Part shown: positions 14,006 through 24,800 of the stretch, one piece after another
How the letters are laid out: every line of letters starts with the position of its first letter
Numbering within the stretch: the stretch's first letter is position 1
DNA from: Leidyana gryllorum EB-2025a
Lineage: Eukaryota; Protista; Apicomplexa
Length of the DNA: 64,000 nucleotides
Reading direction: 5' to 3'
Assembly (NCBI GenBank): GCA_048772705.1
Contig: JBLWGC010000133.1
Coordinates: 1 to 64,000, forward strand
The notes under the pieces: generated by a model
Told to the model about the DNA's origin: nothing
What the model saw: the letters and a program-made list of their open reading frames with translations, nothing else
Databases searched by the model: none
Program-made: the position numbers and the translations under genes

Positions 14006-15296
14006 TCAAAGCACTGACAAAAAACGCTCTTTATGATCCTGAAAAGTGTGTATGCTCACCTCAAGGCACACTGACTCTATTGGCTCCGAAGGATGTTCCA
14101 CACAGTTTCCATATTGATGAGGTGACTGATCGGAGCGTAAACTGGTCAAATGATGTGTAAATTGCGATCCCACCTCTGTCACATTGACTCGATCATGGGC
14201 CGCCATCACCTGGCTTCGGCTGTGCAAGGCAGCATCACAGTGGTCACAAAAGTGACATCTGTGTTTGTGTACGCTTGAGACCGAGTGATTGAAAGCTTCG
14301 CTTACTTGTCCGCCAGACAATAAACTTGAGCAGTTTTGGTTTTGCAGGAATCGCACAGAGACTGGAGTTGATTGCAGTAGGATCCTTATCCACTCACTTA
14401 CGCTACTCGTTTCGGTTCGGAGGGCCGAGAAGTGCACAGTACACACCATCCAAGGAATGCACTGCTTCCCGGGATACTTTAATCTGGCCCATTCTTTGTA
14501 GGACTGATGTCTCGAACTGGCGTAACGTCTGCAACCAATCGATGAGATAGTGCAAGCAGAAGAATGCTCACTGTAGCGCCTGGCTCTCGCTGTAATAGTA
14601 GGCTTGCTGTTTGACCGCTCTGGGTTCAAAGTCGTCTAACCAGCTGCCTTCGGTCAGCAACACCATTGAGTCGACATTGTCCTGCAGACTTGGGCTGTCT
14701 GCCCAACAGGATTGCTCTGCCACACAGATATACTCACAAGCAGTCGGATCCGTAGCGTTGACAGTGATTGAGCGGCCCAAGCACAGCTTGAAGATCACAA
14801 TCCGATGAACATTTCCCGCTTGAAAGTTGTAGTGAAGCAATCCCATGCAGAAACACTCACTCAAGGTTGTTGGGGGCGGAGCTTCATTTAATGGAAAAAG
14901 GAAGTGGCGAGACACCTCGTCCATGCTGAGCAATCCTCCACCGGCGTCTGTGTTGGGAGTGGCAGAGAACGTGAGATCTTTGATGGTCCATGTTCGAGCA
15001 CTTTGGAAGAAGTCGGTCGACGGGATCGGGATTATTCGTGAGATGTCGAACGCGGAATAGGCCACAGTTCCTCCGAGTGACTGCCTGATGATGAACGAGA
15101 GAGCCAAACTGCATTCGTTACTCACTTCACATGTCTCTTCAAACAGCTGCATTTCTTCGTCTGACATCAGCTGCTGAGCGTCGGCGACATACAAATCCGG
15201 TGTATAGTACATGAACTTGAGGAAGTATTCCCAATATGCGCGTTTCCGAACGTCGGTGATGCTCTCAGGGTGAATGGGGAAGATAAGTGCAGACAT
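14006..15296 (-). CDS. Multi-exon hypothetical protein
   Basis: 242-aa first exon ending at a gtgag donor (~14571), with further minus-strand frames. It may join the gene downstream. Confidence 0.4.
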
Positions 15297-15489
15297 CTAT
15301 TCAAGTTTACGGCCGACACACACACGTGTGTGTCGGTTGCTCTAGTAGCGGAACGTTGCATACTCCATTCCTCCTGTGACCAGCAGATCTCTTTTACTAC
15401 AGGAGCCCAGGATTCGTGGGACCTAGGCCGATGGCACGTGCACACTGTGACTCTTCATTACTTCCATTGTTCTGCACGACACAATCATC

Positions 15490-17088
15490 TCACGTTTCCC
15501 CGTCATATGGTGAGGCTATCTCCTCATTATACCCGTACCCATAATAGCTTCCACGTGGCGCCGGCTCCATTTCAACCGATAACTCAGGTTGAAGTCTTCT
15601 TGCTCTGTACACCCCATATGCCGCGCCACCGACTATGGCTGCGACCACGACCAAAGCGCCGGTTGAGATGGCCATCGGCAACAAGTTGCCATTGGCACTT
15701 GCTGTGGTCGTTTCGGTATTTCCATTACCCCCAAGAGTTGTACTCGTGGTGAAGTTTGTGGTCCACGTATAAGGTTCAGTCGTGGTCGTAAGCATTGTCC
15801 CAGCAGAGCTCGTAGTTATCTTGACAGTGGTCGTTGTAGTGGGGGTGGTGGTAGTTGTAGTGGTTGTGGTGGTAGTTGTAGGTGTGGTGGTCGTCGTTGG
15901 TGTAGTTGTCGTAGTGGGGGTGGTGGTAGTTGTGGGTGTGGTAGTCGTAGTGGGTGTGGTAGTTGTAGTGGGGGTGGTAGTTGTAGTGGGGGTGGTGGTA
16001 GTTGTGGGTGTGGTGGTCGTCGTTGGTGTAGTTGTCGTAGTAGGGGTGGTGGTAGTTGTGGGTGTGGTAGTCGTAGTGGGTGTGGTAGTTGTAGTGGGGG
16101 TGGTGGTAGTTGTAGGTGTGGTGGTCGTAGTGGGGGTGGTGGTAGTTGTAGGTGTGGTCGTTGTCGTGGGTGTGGTGGTCGTCGGTTGGGTTGTAGTGAC
16201 TCGGGTGGTGGTGGTGGTGCTCGCTGGATCATAACACTTGGTCTGGGCGCAGTAGTTCTTGACAAGCTCCCACATTTCCCGGAAATAGCTGACATGATCT
16301 TTGGGTGATCCATCTGTTTCATTGGGGTTCATGGGATATACTCGGGCGTACTCGTGGGGCAAGTTCATATATTTATGACCGTGGACTACCATCCTCCAGA
16401 ACTCTTCCATTCGGGAGTCGCGATCGTTCATAGCGATGACGAGCAAACGGACATCGCGCTCCATCAGCGAGTTTCCGAAAAGTTGGACGTCATAGTTGAT
16501 TTGTGGTCCGCAATAATTGGAGGGGGATGCGGCTGTCCCGCTCAGGTTGATCCGACTCCCCACAATAAACAGGAGAACCTTTTCTGTGGAGGATGTGTAG
16601 AAATCATTTCCATCATCACTAATTTGCTGATAGGCCTCGAGCATCTTGATGCTGTGATCTGGGCCCTGCTCGAGCCCTCCGAGCCAATGAATTGAAGTCC
16701 ACCCAGCATAGCTTGACTTGAGATCGAGAATTCCACATTGTCCAGTGTTTGATGGGTATCCGGCTCGTATCCCTCCGTAGCGGCCTCTTGAGACCCCACC
16801 CATCACGGTGGCGCTGGGCAGCTGGCCGAGGACTGTTTGGTTGGCCTTCCATGCAGCGCCACGTTCGTTGAACATTGGTGATCCGTCTCCGACTATGGTG
16901 ATGTCAAAAGAATTCTTGTCCTGGGTGCACCGCTTGGAGGTTGCGAGCGGATGGCCAGCCCAATCGAGCGGCTGCTCATGTTTGAATACTTCAATTCTAT
17001 CGAGATCATCTTTGGTCAGACTTTGCGTACTGACAAGTTGACAGAATACCGTTATCAGAAGCCACCGACAGGACTTTGTTATCTGCAT
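15490..17088 (-). CDS. Type I membrane protein: divergent vWA domain, Thr-rich mucin stalk, TM, acidic tail (array member 1)
   Basis: Signal peptide, FDITIVGDGSPM, (PTTTTT)n stalk, TM and tail ELSVEME..PYDGET; intronless. Confidence 0.85.
   Translation of the reverse strand: MQITKSCRWLLITVFCQLVSTQSLTKDDLDRIEVFKHEQPLDWAGHPLATSKRCTQDKNSFDITIVGDGSPMFNERGAAWKANQTVLGQLPSATVMGGVSRGRYGGIRAGYPSNTGQCGILDLKSSYAGWTSIHWLGGLEQGPDHSIKMLEAYQQISDDGNDFYTSSTEKVLLFIVGSRINLSGTAASPSNYCGPQINYDVQLFGNSLMERDVRLLVIAMNDRDSRMEEFWRMVVHGHKYMNLPHEYARVYPMNPNETDGSPKDHVSYFREMWELVKNYCAQTKCYDPASTTTTTRVTTTQPTTTTPTTTTTPTTTTTPTTTTTPTTTTTPTTTTTPTTTTTPTTTTTPTTTTTPTTTTTPTTTTTPTTTTTPTTTTTPTTTTTPTTTTTPTTTTTPTTTTTPTTTTTTTTTTTTPTTTTTVKITTSSAGTMLTTTTEPYTWTTNFTTSTTLGGNGNTETTTASANGNLLPMAISTGALVVVAAIVGGAAYGVYRARRLQPELSVEMEPAPRGSYYGYGYNEEIASPYDGET
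15830..16220 (-). repeat. Coding tandem repeat (PTTTTT)n, 18-bp unit
   Basis: Roughly 17 PTTTTT units in the translation, with varied synonymous codons. Confidence 0.95.
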
Positions 17089-17267
17089 TCAGAAGGAGTT
17101 GTGGCACATTTTTGCGAAGCCAAGCATGACGAGTACAACATTCCGGATCGGCGCATTTATGAGTGTTTGGTAAAAGATTGAAAGCTCAGAGAGCACCATG
17201 TCAAATCCAATTGAGTCCAATTCGTGATTAGAATTCCCTGTCTCTCGACAGAAAGAGGGTATGAGGC

Positions 17268-18464
17268 TTAGGAGGAGAAACGATTCATCCAACAGCAGAT
17301 GAACAAGACGATGATGGCCACCCCGAGGGCAATACTAACTCCAATGATCCACCACTTCATTCCTCCCATCGCAGGAGGCTTTTGAGTCGTGGTGGTTGTG
17401 GTTGTGGTGGTCGTCGTCGTCGACGAGTTCGGGGTGAGGGATGAAACGCCGTGTAGTTCCACGCACTGCTGATACTCGATGAACTTCCACATTGCATCAT
17501 TCATCCTCCTATAGACGTTCGCTACTGAGCGCTGGGCGACCTCGGATGGTCCGGGCACTCCCCACACTCGGGCCTCGTCCACTGACAAATTCATCATTTG
17601 AGGGCTGTGGACCATCATCTGCCAATATCCTTCCATCATTAAAGACCGCGTGTCGGTGGGTAAGACCAAGAGTCTGATTTTATTCTCCCGAAGCAGCTCC
17701 CCCACTGCAGCCGGCTCCACGTGTTCGGGTGTGGTTAAGTTGCAATACACATCGGCGAGTGTCGCATCCGCATGTCCGTGGAGGGTTCTGCTTCCGGTCA
17801 AAACAAAGATTATTCTGACAGTCGGAAGAAGACTGGAACTGAAGAACTTTTCGTGGCGGACGAGATGGTTGATGGCGTCTAAGATCATTATGCCATTCGC
17901 GGGTCCATAACCGGCGGGTTTGAAGGCTTCTATGAGCTGCCACTTGTCTGGATCGGGGTCGCGCGGTACATAGCTGGTGTGACACGTCTTGTTCAATGAC
18001 GCATAACCAACAGAGGCGTGGCCGATACTCCGGGTATTAATGTGGATCCCCAACGAGCTCACATAATCGAGAAACCTGTTGTGCTCTGCGTGCATATCCC
18101 CCATCACCGAGCTTCCATCAGTTAAAAACAAGAATTCCATCGGAAAGGTCCCCTCCGAGCATATGGCAGACCATGTAGGATAGGTCGCAAGGAAGTGCGC
18201 AAAATAGGCTGCGAATTCATACGTACGCTCCAGATCTTCTATCGTGAAAATCTCGTTCCCCGCCGCATCGCGTGCTTCTTGTGCCAGGGCCCCAAATCCA
18301 CTTTGTTCCGATAAAGTGGACTCCCCCTCCGCCACCACATCTTCCGCCAACCCAGCTATCCTGAGCTCCGAGCTCTCACCCGCCGGAGGAGTGGCAAGCG
18401 ATGCTGCATCGTCATTTCCGAAGACTCCAAGAGTCAGAAACAGAAGAGAGCTCTTCAATCTCAT
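17268..18464 (-). CDS. Type I membrane protein with divergent vWA domain (member 2)
   Basis: Signal peptide, PMEFLFLTDGSSVM, RIIFVLTGS, poly-Thr linker and TM WWIIGVSIALGVAIIVLFICC. Confidence 0.85.
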   Translation of the reverse strand: MRLKSSLLFLTLGVFGNDDAASLATPPAGESSELRIAGLAEDVVAEGESTLSEQSGFGALAQEARDAAGNEIFTIEDLERTYEFAAYFAHFLATYPTWSAICSEGTFPMEFLFLTDGSSVMGDMHAEHNRFLDYVSSLGIHINTRSIGHASVGYASLNKTCHTSYVPRDPDPDKWQLIEAFKPAGYGPANGIMILDAINHLVRHEKFFSSSLLPTVRIIFVLTGSRTLHGHADATLADVYCNLTTPEHVEPAAVGELLRENKIRLLVLPTDTRSLMMEGYWQMMVHSPQMMNLSVDEARVWGVPGPSEVAQRSVANVYRRMNDAMWKFIEYQQCVELHGVSSLTPNSSTTTTTTTTTTTTQKPPAMGGMKWWIIGVSIALGVAIIVLFICCWMNRFSS

Positions 18465-18757
18465 ATTTTTTTGCCACCCCCATGCATCACCATCTTAGCG
18501 GCACATTTGTGTACATGCGAGTTTATACACTTTGTCCACCCTCCACAAAGTCGCTGCTAGAGAAGCAGTAATCATCCCGTCATGCGACAGCTTAGGTAGT
18601 CGCCAGACACATTGGGCTTCGCGCTGTGTTAGTCACCATTCTCCCCGATACTTTGGGGACATTCTCCAATAATTGGAAACTCAGTCAGTCAGTCAGTGAG
18701 TAAGTAAGTAATGGTTACCAAGCGCAGATACACACAGCATTCTCATTCGTCACCACT

Positions 18758-19996
18758 TCAAGTCGCATAATCTCTCGATTCCATACGCTGCTCCATCTCG
18801 ACCGGAGCGGCGTCATCGTCGACATCGTCTCCTCCCTCCATTTCCACTTCCAGTGGGTCGGGTTTTCCAGACTGCATCTTATAAATCATCCCTGCTGCCG
18901 CGCCGAGAGCGACAGCCCCAGCAAGCGCACTCCCGATGATTACATATGTATTGTCACTCTCTGACTCTTCCTCCGCGGGAGGAGGGGTGGTGGGCTCCAA
19001 CGGGGGCAGCGTCGTGCCAGTGGGCAACTCTTCTGTTGTGGTTGGTAGTCCGAGGGTTGTGGTGGTGGTCGGCATAGTGGTGGTAGTGGTAGTGGTGGTG
19101 CTGGTGGAGATGAACTCTTCGATCTGACAGTCGAGTGCCAGAACGCCAGCGTGTATAGCCTTCACCATACTCTCAGCAGTCATATCGAAAGGTACGACGA
19201 GTCCAGTCTGTTTGGGAAGATTCATTCTGTCATGAGCCTCGTCGAATAAGACCATTTTCCACCAGTGTACAAGACTTTTGGTGTACTTCTCGGTGATCAA
19301 AGCGAGGGGATAAACATTCGCATCTCGCAGTATTTGTGCAACTTGTGTCAATGGCGGGAAATCAGCCCCAATCTCGCAGATCATCTCGTTGGCCAAATTT
19401 GGATTCGCTGGTCCAGGAGGATTGCGCATCAATCTTCCCTGGGCATCGGTGATTATAATGGCTATCCTTATCGCATCCGGTCTCTCGGATGGTTTGCTAA
19501 ACCCAGCATGCGATCCCGCAGCAAAAGCTAAAGTCTCAATACTGTTCTCAGGCCACCCGTCCGAGGTAGCCGCCAGAAACGATACTGACCCGCACGCCTC
19601 ACGAAAAGCCGCAATGTCATCCGTCATTTTGAGATCCTGGCGCCAACACGGGATGCGAGGAACAATCGTCGTTGGCCTATCAGTAAATGTTGTAATCCCG
19701 CCCCGAAAGTCTTTGAACTCCACGGCTAACTCATCAACGAGCGGAGGTAAGACTCGCTGCACTTGCCCAAGCAGAGCCTCGAAAGTACTCGTACCATCTT
19801 GAAGTATATACAACTCCAGTGGCCTCGACCGTGAACAGTTTTTGAACTCAGAAAGGTCGGTGTTGACGCTGTTGTCCTCCATGTCTGGATGACGCAGTAA
19901 AAAGTCAGCAACGTCCGCCTTCGACTGGGCGTCCATCGGCCGTGACCCCCCCATGGCCAAACCCATCCAACCGCAGCAAGCGATCTGAAATCGCAT
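18758..19996 (-). CDS. Integrin-beta I (vWA) domain type I membrane protein (member 3)
   Basis: PLELYILQDGTST, FRGGITTFTD, PENSIE, IAIIITDA and DFPPLTQVAQILRDANVYP parallel integrin-beta I motifs. A Thr stalk, TM and acidic tail follow. Confidence 0.9.
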   Translation of the reverse strand: MRFQIACCGWMGLAMGGSRPMDAQSKADVADFLLRHPDMEDNSVNTDLSEFKNCSRSRPLELYILQDGTSTFEALLGQVQRVLPPLVDELAVEFKDFRGGITTFTDRPTTIVPRIPCWRQDLKMTDDIAAFREACGSVSFLAATSDGWPENSIETLAFAAGSHAGFSKPSERPDAIRIAIIITDAQGRLMRNPPGPANPNLANEMICEIGADFPPLTQVAQILRDANVYPLALITEKYTKSLVHWWKMVLFDEAHDRMNLPKQTGLVVPFDMTAESMVKAIHAGVLALDCQIEEFISTSTTTTTTTTMPTTTTTLGLPTTTEELPTGTTLPPLEPTTPPPAEEESESDNTYVIIGSALAGAVALGAAAGMIYKMQSGKPDPLEVEMEGGDDVDDDAAPVEMEQRMESRDYAT

Positions 19997-20208
19997 TTGG
20001 TGTGTACTACTTGGCTCGGGCAGAAATGAGAGAACGTGCACCCGGAGGTCAACACATTTGAGGCCACAACATTCTAATCTCTCACCCCCAACAATCACTG
20101 TTACTTAACCAGCAGTAACAGGCCTGTGTGGGAGTCACTCGTTCTATGTGATAGCCCTCATCCGTCACCTCCTAAAAAGAATCTATCTTTTAATGTCAAT
20201 AGCTAATT

Positions 20209-23200
20209 TTAAGCCACACTGGCAGGCAATGCCGGGAAGGTCGACATATAATAAGTCATCCCTCCGGCTACAGCCAATACCCCGACCCCCGCTCCAACGG
20301 TACCCAGAGCTATAGGTGTGTATTGTGGGGTGACTTCTACCAGGACGAGCTCGACAGCACTACTCGACTCCGCAACCGCTGGGTAACTGGTGAACGCTGA
20401 TGTGGAACTCGCAGACCCAGACGAGCTTCCAGTTGCAGTTTGATCTTTCGTCGTCGAGGACTCAAAAGTCTTGGGGCTCACACCCTCTGTCGAGCCCGTT
20501 TCGAATGTCTCCATAGAGCCCGTTTCGAATGTCTCCAAAGAGTCTGTATCCAATGTCTCGCCGGTTGAACCGGCCGTGGGCGATGGTGGGACTGTCCCTA
20601 CAACAGTGCCATCAGGGGAGAACGTGCTGAATGTTCCGAATGTATCTCCCGTTAACCCGCTTGTAAAGAACGTCTTAATTGTCTCGAGGCTCGACCCCAC
20701 CGTTGGTGATGTCTCGAATGTGTCTCCTGTGAGCGTCACGAAGGAGCTCGACAACGTTTCTTCCGGGTCTGTGGACCAGGTATACCATGATTCTGTGCTC
20801 CTCGGCGTTGACACATCCTCACTCGGAGTCGAAGATCCGTGCGTCGTGGTGTCAGAAGTGTCACCTGATTCAGATCCGCTTGTCTCGGAGATGGACAGCG
20901 TGTCAGAGGTCGACAATGTACCCAACGTTGAGAGAGTGTCCGACGTCGATAGAGTGTCCGATGTGGAAAATGTGTTTGACGTCGATAGAGTGTCCGACGT
21001 CGATAGAGTGTCCGATGTGGAAAATGTGTTTGACGTTGACAGTGTGTCAGACGTCGACAGTGTGTCAGACGTCGATAGAGTGTCAGACGTCGACAGAGTG
21101 TTGGATGTGGAAAATGTGTCCGACGTCGACAGCGTCTCCGAGGTCGATAATGTATCTGAGGTCGACAGCGTCTCCGAAGTGGTCACCGTCTCGAGCGTCG
21201 ATAGTGTCTCGGATATCGAGAGCGTCTCGTATGTGGACGATGTGTCTGAAGTGGACAGTGTGTCTTGTGTGGACAGTGTATCTGTTTCATCTGCCGTGAG
21301 GCTCTTCTCAGAAGAGAGAGAGTAATCAGTGGAAAGTGAAGTACTCTCGAGATCTGAGGTTGAGGTCGCGTCGTTCGACAAATCTAAGGTGAAAGTGTCA
21401 GTTGCGCTCCATGTAGTGGATATATCTTCGATTGACTCAGAAGCTGTAGTGCTCGTGCTATCAGTCGACTTCGTCGAGCCTGACTGAGGGTCGGTGGACG
21501 GCAGGACTGCTATGGAGGATGACTCTGTGAACTGGTCCGACGCTGTCGACGACTTCACTGACCCGCTCCCGCTTGAGGTCCAGTCTTGACTGGTGGTGTC
21601 AATGTCCCCAGCCGTTGAAGACACTGAGTTGTCCGTGCTGATGTCGTTTGTTGAGAACGACGTGATTGGATCGGTAACAGATATCGTCGGAGTCACGTCG
21701 GTTTCCGAGATCGATTGGGTACCTGAGACTCCGCTGGACACTGTTCTACCAGTAGTAGCTGTAAATGAGAGCCACTCAGAAATCGTGCCAGTCGAGGAGG
21801 GGTCGGCGAGCTCCCCTGTCGTCGAATTGGGCGGGCTGGAATAGTCAGCGGACGGTTGAAGTGTCGATTCTGAGAGGGTGTAGCTCCCGATCGAAGAGGC
21901 GGTCTTGATCTCCGATCCGGTTGATTCCTCAGTCGATACTGTGCTGCTCTCAAAGCTGCTGGAGCAGAGGTCGCCTGTGTCCAGAGTCAGAGAGACTGAA
22001 ACGGACTCTGTATTACTCGGCCCAGTTATGGTGGTGAGAAGTTCGGTGAGAGTCACAGATCCCGTGCTCCAAGTGAAGTCAGAGTCTGAGGATTCAGAGG
22101 CGTCCAGGAGTGCGCTGGAGCGGGTGTCTCCTAGAGTCTCTGACTGTGATTCGAAGTCTGTTGACGTGATGTCACTGTCCGTCGAGGAGGTGATGGGAAA
22201 ACTCGTGGAGGAAGGAGTGTCACTGGCCAGATTCGGAAAGGTCATCGAGGATGTGTCGTCAGTATTGACAGTGTCATCTGTGGATTCAGTCTCCGTCTCG
22301 GTCCAAAAGTCGTCAGTTGAGGGGTAGTCGGTCGTCCAGTCCGTAGAGGAGAGGTTTGTGGGGTAAGTGGTTGTGGTGGTGAGATCTGGGGGGGGGGATG
22401 CGGCTACTTGGCAGGCGAGGGCGAGAATGCCGGCGTGGAGCGCCTCAATCAAGTCATCAGCGGTCCGCTCATAGTGGACCACCAAGGCGGTCTCGGGATG
22501 TAAGCCCATAGTGTCATTAATATCGTCAAAAAAGATCATCTTCCACCAGTGAACAAGGCTTGCGGTGAACTCTTCGGTAACCATAACTAGGGGATGCACC
22601 TGTGCGTCTTGCAGTATCTCGGCAACTTGTGCCATGGGAGGAAAGTCGGCGTCAATCTCACATATTAACTCATTCGCGAGGTTTGGGTTAGCTGGTCCCG
22701 GGGGGTTTTGCATCACTCGACTCCACGCATCGGTGATGATAACCGCGATTCGAATAGTATCAGGGTTGTCGGCCGGCAGAGTGAATCCGGCGTGGGAGCC
22801 AGCGGCGAAGGCTAATGTTTCTATGCTATTCTCAGCGTAGCCGTTGCTCGTGCCAGTGTCCCACCTAACAGAAGCGCAGGATTGGCGGAAGAGGTCGTAA
22901 TCATCTGTCATGGGCTGATCTTGTCTATAGCAGGTAAGATCCGGGCGTACGTCAGTAGGTTTATCAGTGAAGGTAGTGATGCCGCCTCGGAAGTGGGGAA
23001 ATCTCGGAACCAATAGGTCCATCATGTCAGGTAGTATCAACCGTAGATCTTCGAGGAATAGCTCAAAATCTCCGGTGCCGTCAATCAATAAATATAGTTC
23101 CAGTGCACGCTTCTCAGCACCACATCGCTCGAATTGTTGTAGATCAGTATTGAAACTATTATCTTCCCATTCAGGGTGTCGATAGAGGAAATCTGCCACG

Positions 23201-23286
23201 GCGGCCTTGTCCCCATCGTCGAGGGGCCTAGTGTCCGTGCCGAGAGCCGTCGCATACAAAAATACAGTCGTTAATTTGAGAAGCAT
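20209..23286 (-). CDS. Integrin-beta I domain protein with ~700-aa Ser/Thr stalk and C-terminal TM (member 4)
   Basis: LELYLLIDGTGD, ITDA and DFPP motifs, TSDTLS repeats and a TM near the C-terminus. An alternative start lies at 23313. Confidence 0.9.
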   Translation of the reverse strand: MLLKLTTVFLYATALGTDTRPLDDGDKAAVADFLYRHPEWEDNSFNTDLQQFERCGAEKRALELYLLIDGTGDFELFLEDLRLILPDMMDLLVPRFPHFRGGITTFTDKPTDVRPDLTCYRQDQPMTDDYDLFRQSCASVRWDTGTSNGYAENSIETLAFAAGSHAGFTLPADNPDTIRIAVIITDAWSRVMQNPPGPANPNLANELICEIDADFPPMAQVAEILQDAQVHPLVMVTEEFTASLVHWWKMIFFDDINDTMGLHPETALVVHYERTADDLIEALHAGILALACQVAASPPPDLTTTTTYPTNLSSTDWTTDYPSTDDFWTETETESTDDTVNTDDTSSMTFPNLASDTPSSTSFPITSSTDSDITSTDFESQSETLGDTRSSALLDASESSDSDFTWSTGSVTLTELLTTITGPSNTESVSVSLTLDTGDLCSSSFESSTVSTEESTGSEIKTASSIGSYTLSESTLQPSADYSSPPNSTTGELADPSSTGTISEWLSFTATTGRTVSSGVSGTQSISETDVTPTISVTDPITSFSTNDISTDNSVSSTAGDIDTTSQDWTSSGSGSVKSSTASDQFTESSSIAVLPSTDPQSGSTKSTDSTSTTASESIEDISTTWSATDTFTLDLSNDATSTSDLESTSLSTDYSLSSEKSLTADETDTLSTQDTLSTSDTSSTYETLSISETLSTLETVTTSETLSTSDTLSTSETLSTSDTFSTSNTLSTSDTLSTSDTLSTSDTLSTSNTFSTSDTLSTSDTLSTSNTFSTSDTLSTSDTLSTLGTLSTSDTLSISETSGSESGDTSDTTTHGSSTPSEDVSTPRSTESWYTWSTDPEETLSSSFVTLTGDTFETSPTVGSSLETIKTFFTSGLTGDTFGTFSTFSPDGTVVGTVPPSPTAGSTGETLDTDSLETFETGSMETFETGSTEGVSPKTFESSTTKDQTATGSSSGSASSTSAFTSYPAVAESSSAVELVLVEVTPQYTPIALGTVGAGVGVLAVAGGMTYYMSTFPALPASVA
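20890..21280 (-). repeat. Coding tandem repeat (TSDTLS)n, 18-bp unit
   Basis: Degenerate hexapeptide array visible in both DNA and protein. Confidence 0.9.
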
Positions 23287-23590
23287 GATGCAGATAAGCC
23301 GCGAGAAGAGCATGTGGACCTTACATAGAGGTTGTCTGAATTACGGCACCGACGGAGCCACAGTTCGTTGACAAAAATCTCAAGGGCAGAAGCCAATCAC
23401 AAACAAGAAATCTCACAGACTGAGTGAGAGAAAGAGAGACGCGTACTGTACCCTCCCAACCCACCTAGATCTGTTTCCACCAATACCTTTGCGAGAATCC
23501 AAAAAGGGAGATCGGTCATCAAGAGAACGATCGATCGATGGGTCACGAAGAAAAGATCGTTCTATCCACTCTCAAATATGTTTGAAAGAA

Positions 23591-24610
23591 CTACTGCGCT
23601 AATATTGACATTTCATCGGCCACAATATCTGTGTAGTACTGATTATCAGACGACGTGAATTCCCATTCTGTGGTTACACTCTCCCAATTCTGTGTAAACT
23701 GCGTGGGCAGCATACTTGAGGCGATGGTACCGAATAAGGCGTCGGTGTGGCATGTAAGTGTTTGAACTCCTGTCCGAATAGCCTCGACCAGGCTTTCGGC
23801 TCTGAAGTCAAATGGTAGAACAAGACCTTCAATGAAAGGCTTTAGATTCATCCGACCTTGTTGGTCATCAAAAAGTATCATTCTCCACCAATCAGCCAAA
23901 TGAGGAGTTTGATGTTCCGTGACAACGACAAGAGGTATGACTTGAGCACTGTGTAGTATATCAGCAACTTGCGATAGGGGTGGAAAGTCCGCCCCCACCT
24001 CACAAATCAGTTCATTGGCAAGATTAGGATTAGCGGGACCTGGTGGGCTCTTCATGAGTCTCCCATAAGTATCAGTGATGACGACGGCGATTCGGAGGGC
24101 TTGTGGACGATCAGATGGCTTGCTGAACCCAGCGTGAGACCCAGCGCTGAAGGCCAGGGTCTCAATACTATTTTCCGGCCATCCGTCTGAGGTGCCCGAC
24201 AGGAAGGCTAATCTCTCGCAGGCCGTCTTGAGCTTGTCAATATCATTGGTCAAAGCACTCTCTTGTTTATAACAGGGAATATTCGGCATCATCACCGTCG
24301 GCTTATCGGCGAAGGTCGTCAACCCACCGTAAAACTCATCGTACTCACTACTCAGGTCCTCTATCAGCTGGGGCAGTAATTGGCTAAATGACTCGATAAA
24401 ACCTTTGAATGTCGATGTGCCATCTTGTAAGATGTATAATTCCAGAGGACGACTCCGATCACATTGCATATAGATCTCTTCATCGTTGATGTATACCTCC
24501 CGACCCACTGGATGTCGACTCAGATATTCTTCCACCTCTGCTTCAGTCGACACCGCACTGGTTCCCCCTTTCACCAGCAATGTGAACAAGAAATAGATCT
24601 TAAAGAACAT
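23591..24610 (-). CDS. Secreted integrin-beta I domain protein without TM (member 5)
   Basis: Signal peptide MFFKIYFLFTLLV and domain motifs close to member 3, with no hydrophobic C-terminal segment. Confidence 0.85.
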   Translation of the reverse strand: MFFKIYFLFTLLVKGGTSAVSTEAEVEEYLSRHPVGREVYINDEEIYMQCDRSRPLELYILQDGTSTFKGFIESFSQLLPQLIEDLSSEYDEFYGGLTTFADKPTVMMPNIPCYKQESALTNDIDKLKTACERLAFLSGTSDGWPENSIETLAFSAGSHAGFSKPSDRPQALRIAVVITDTYGRLMKSPPGPANPNLANELICEVGADFPPLSQVADILHSAQVIPLVVVTEHQTPHLADWWRMILFDDQQGRMNLKPFIEGLVLPFDFRAESLVEAIRTGVQTLTCHTDALFGTIASSMLPTQFTQNWESVTTEWEFTSSDNQYYTDIVADEMSILAQ

Positions 24611-24800
24611 TTTGTCCCACCAAATATATTGAGTTTGACCCAACACACCAGCAGTTCGACCAAACAGGTTCCGAGATCCGACCTGCGGGACCTTTGGACA
24701 CGCGAATGCGCAAGCCACCTTAAGCTCTTTTCCGGAAATTACTCCAACTGACGGTACGCAAACTACTCAAACTGACGGTATCCCTCACCACTTACCTACC

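Noticed and set aside
15782-16234. Poly-Val ORF on the + strand (also 20471-21325 and 21905-22327)
   Set aside because: These are antisense shadows of Thr/Ser-rich coding repeats.
18681-18711. (tcag)n/(taag)n run, with a similar run near 49276
   Set aside because: Short simple repeats with no evidence of function.
20890-21280. CRISPR-like array
   Set aside because: It is a contiguous in-frame 18-bp coding repeat without spacers, in eukaryotic DNA with no cas genes.
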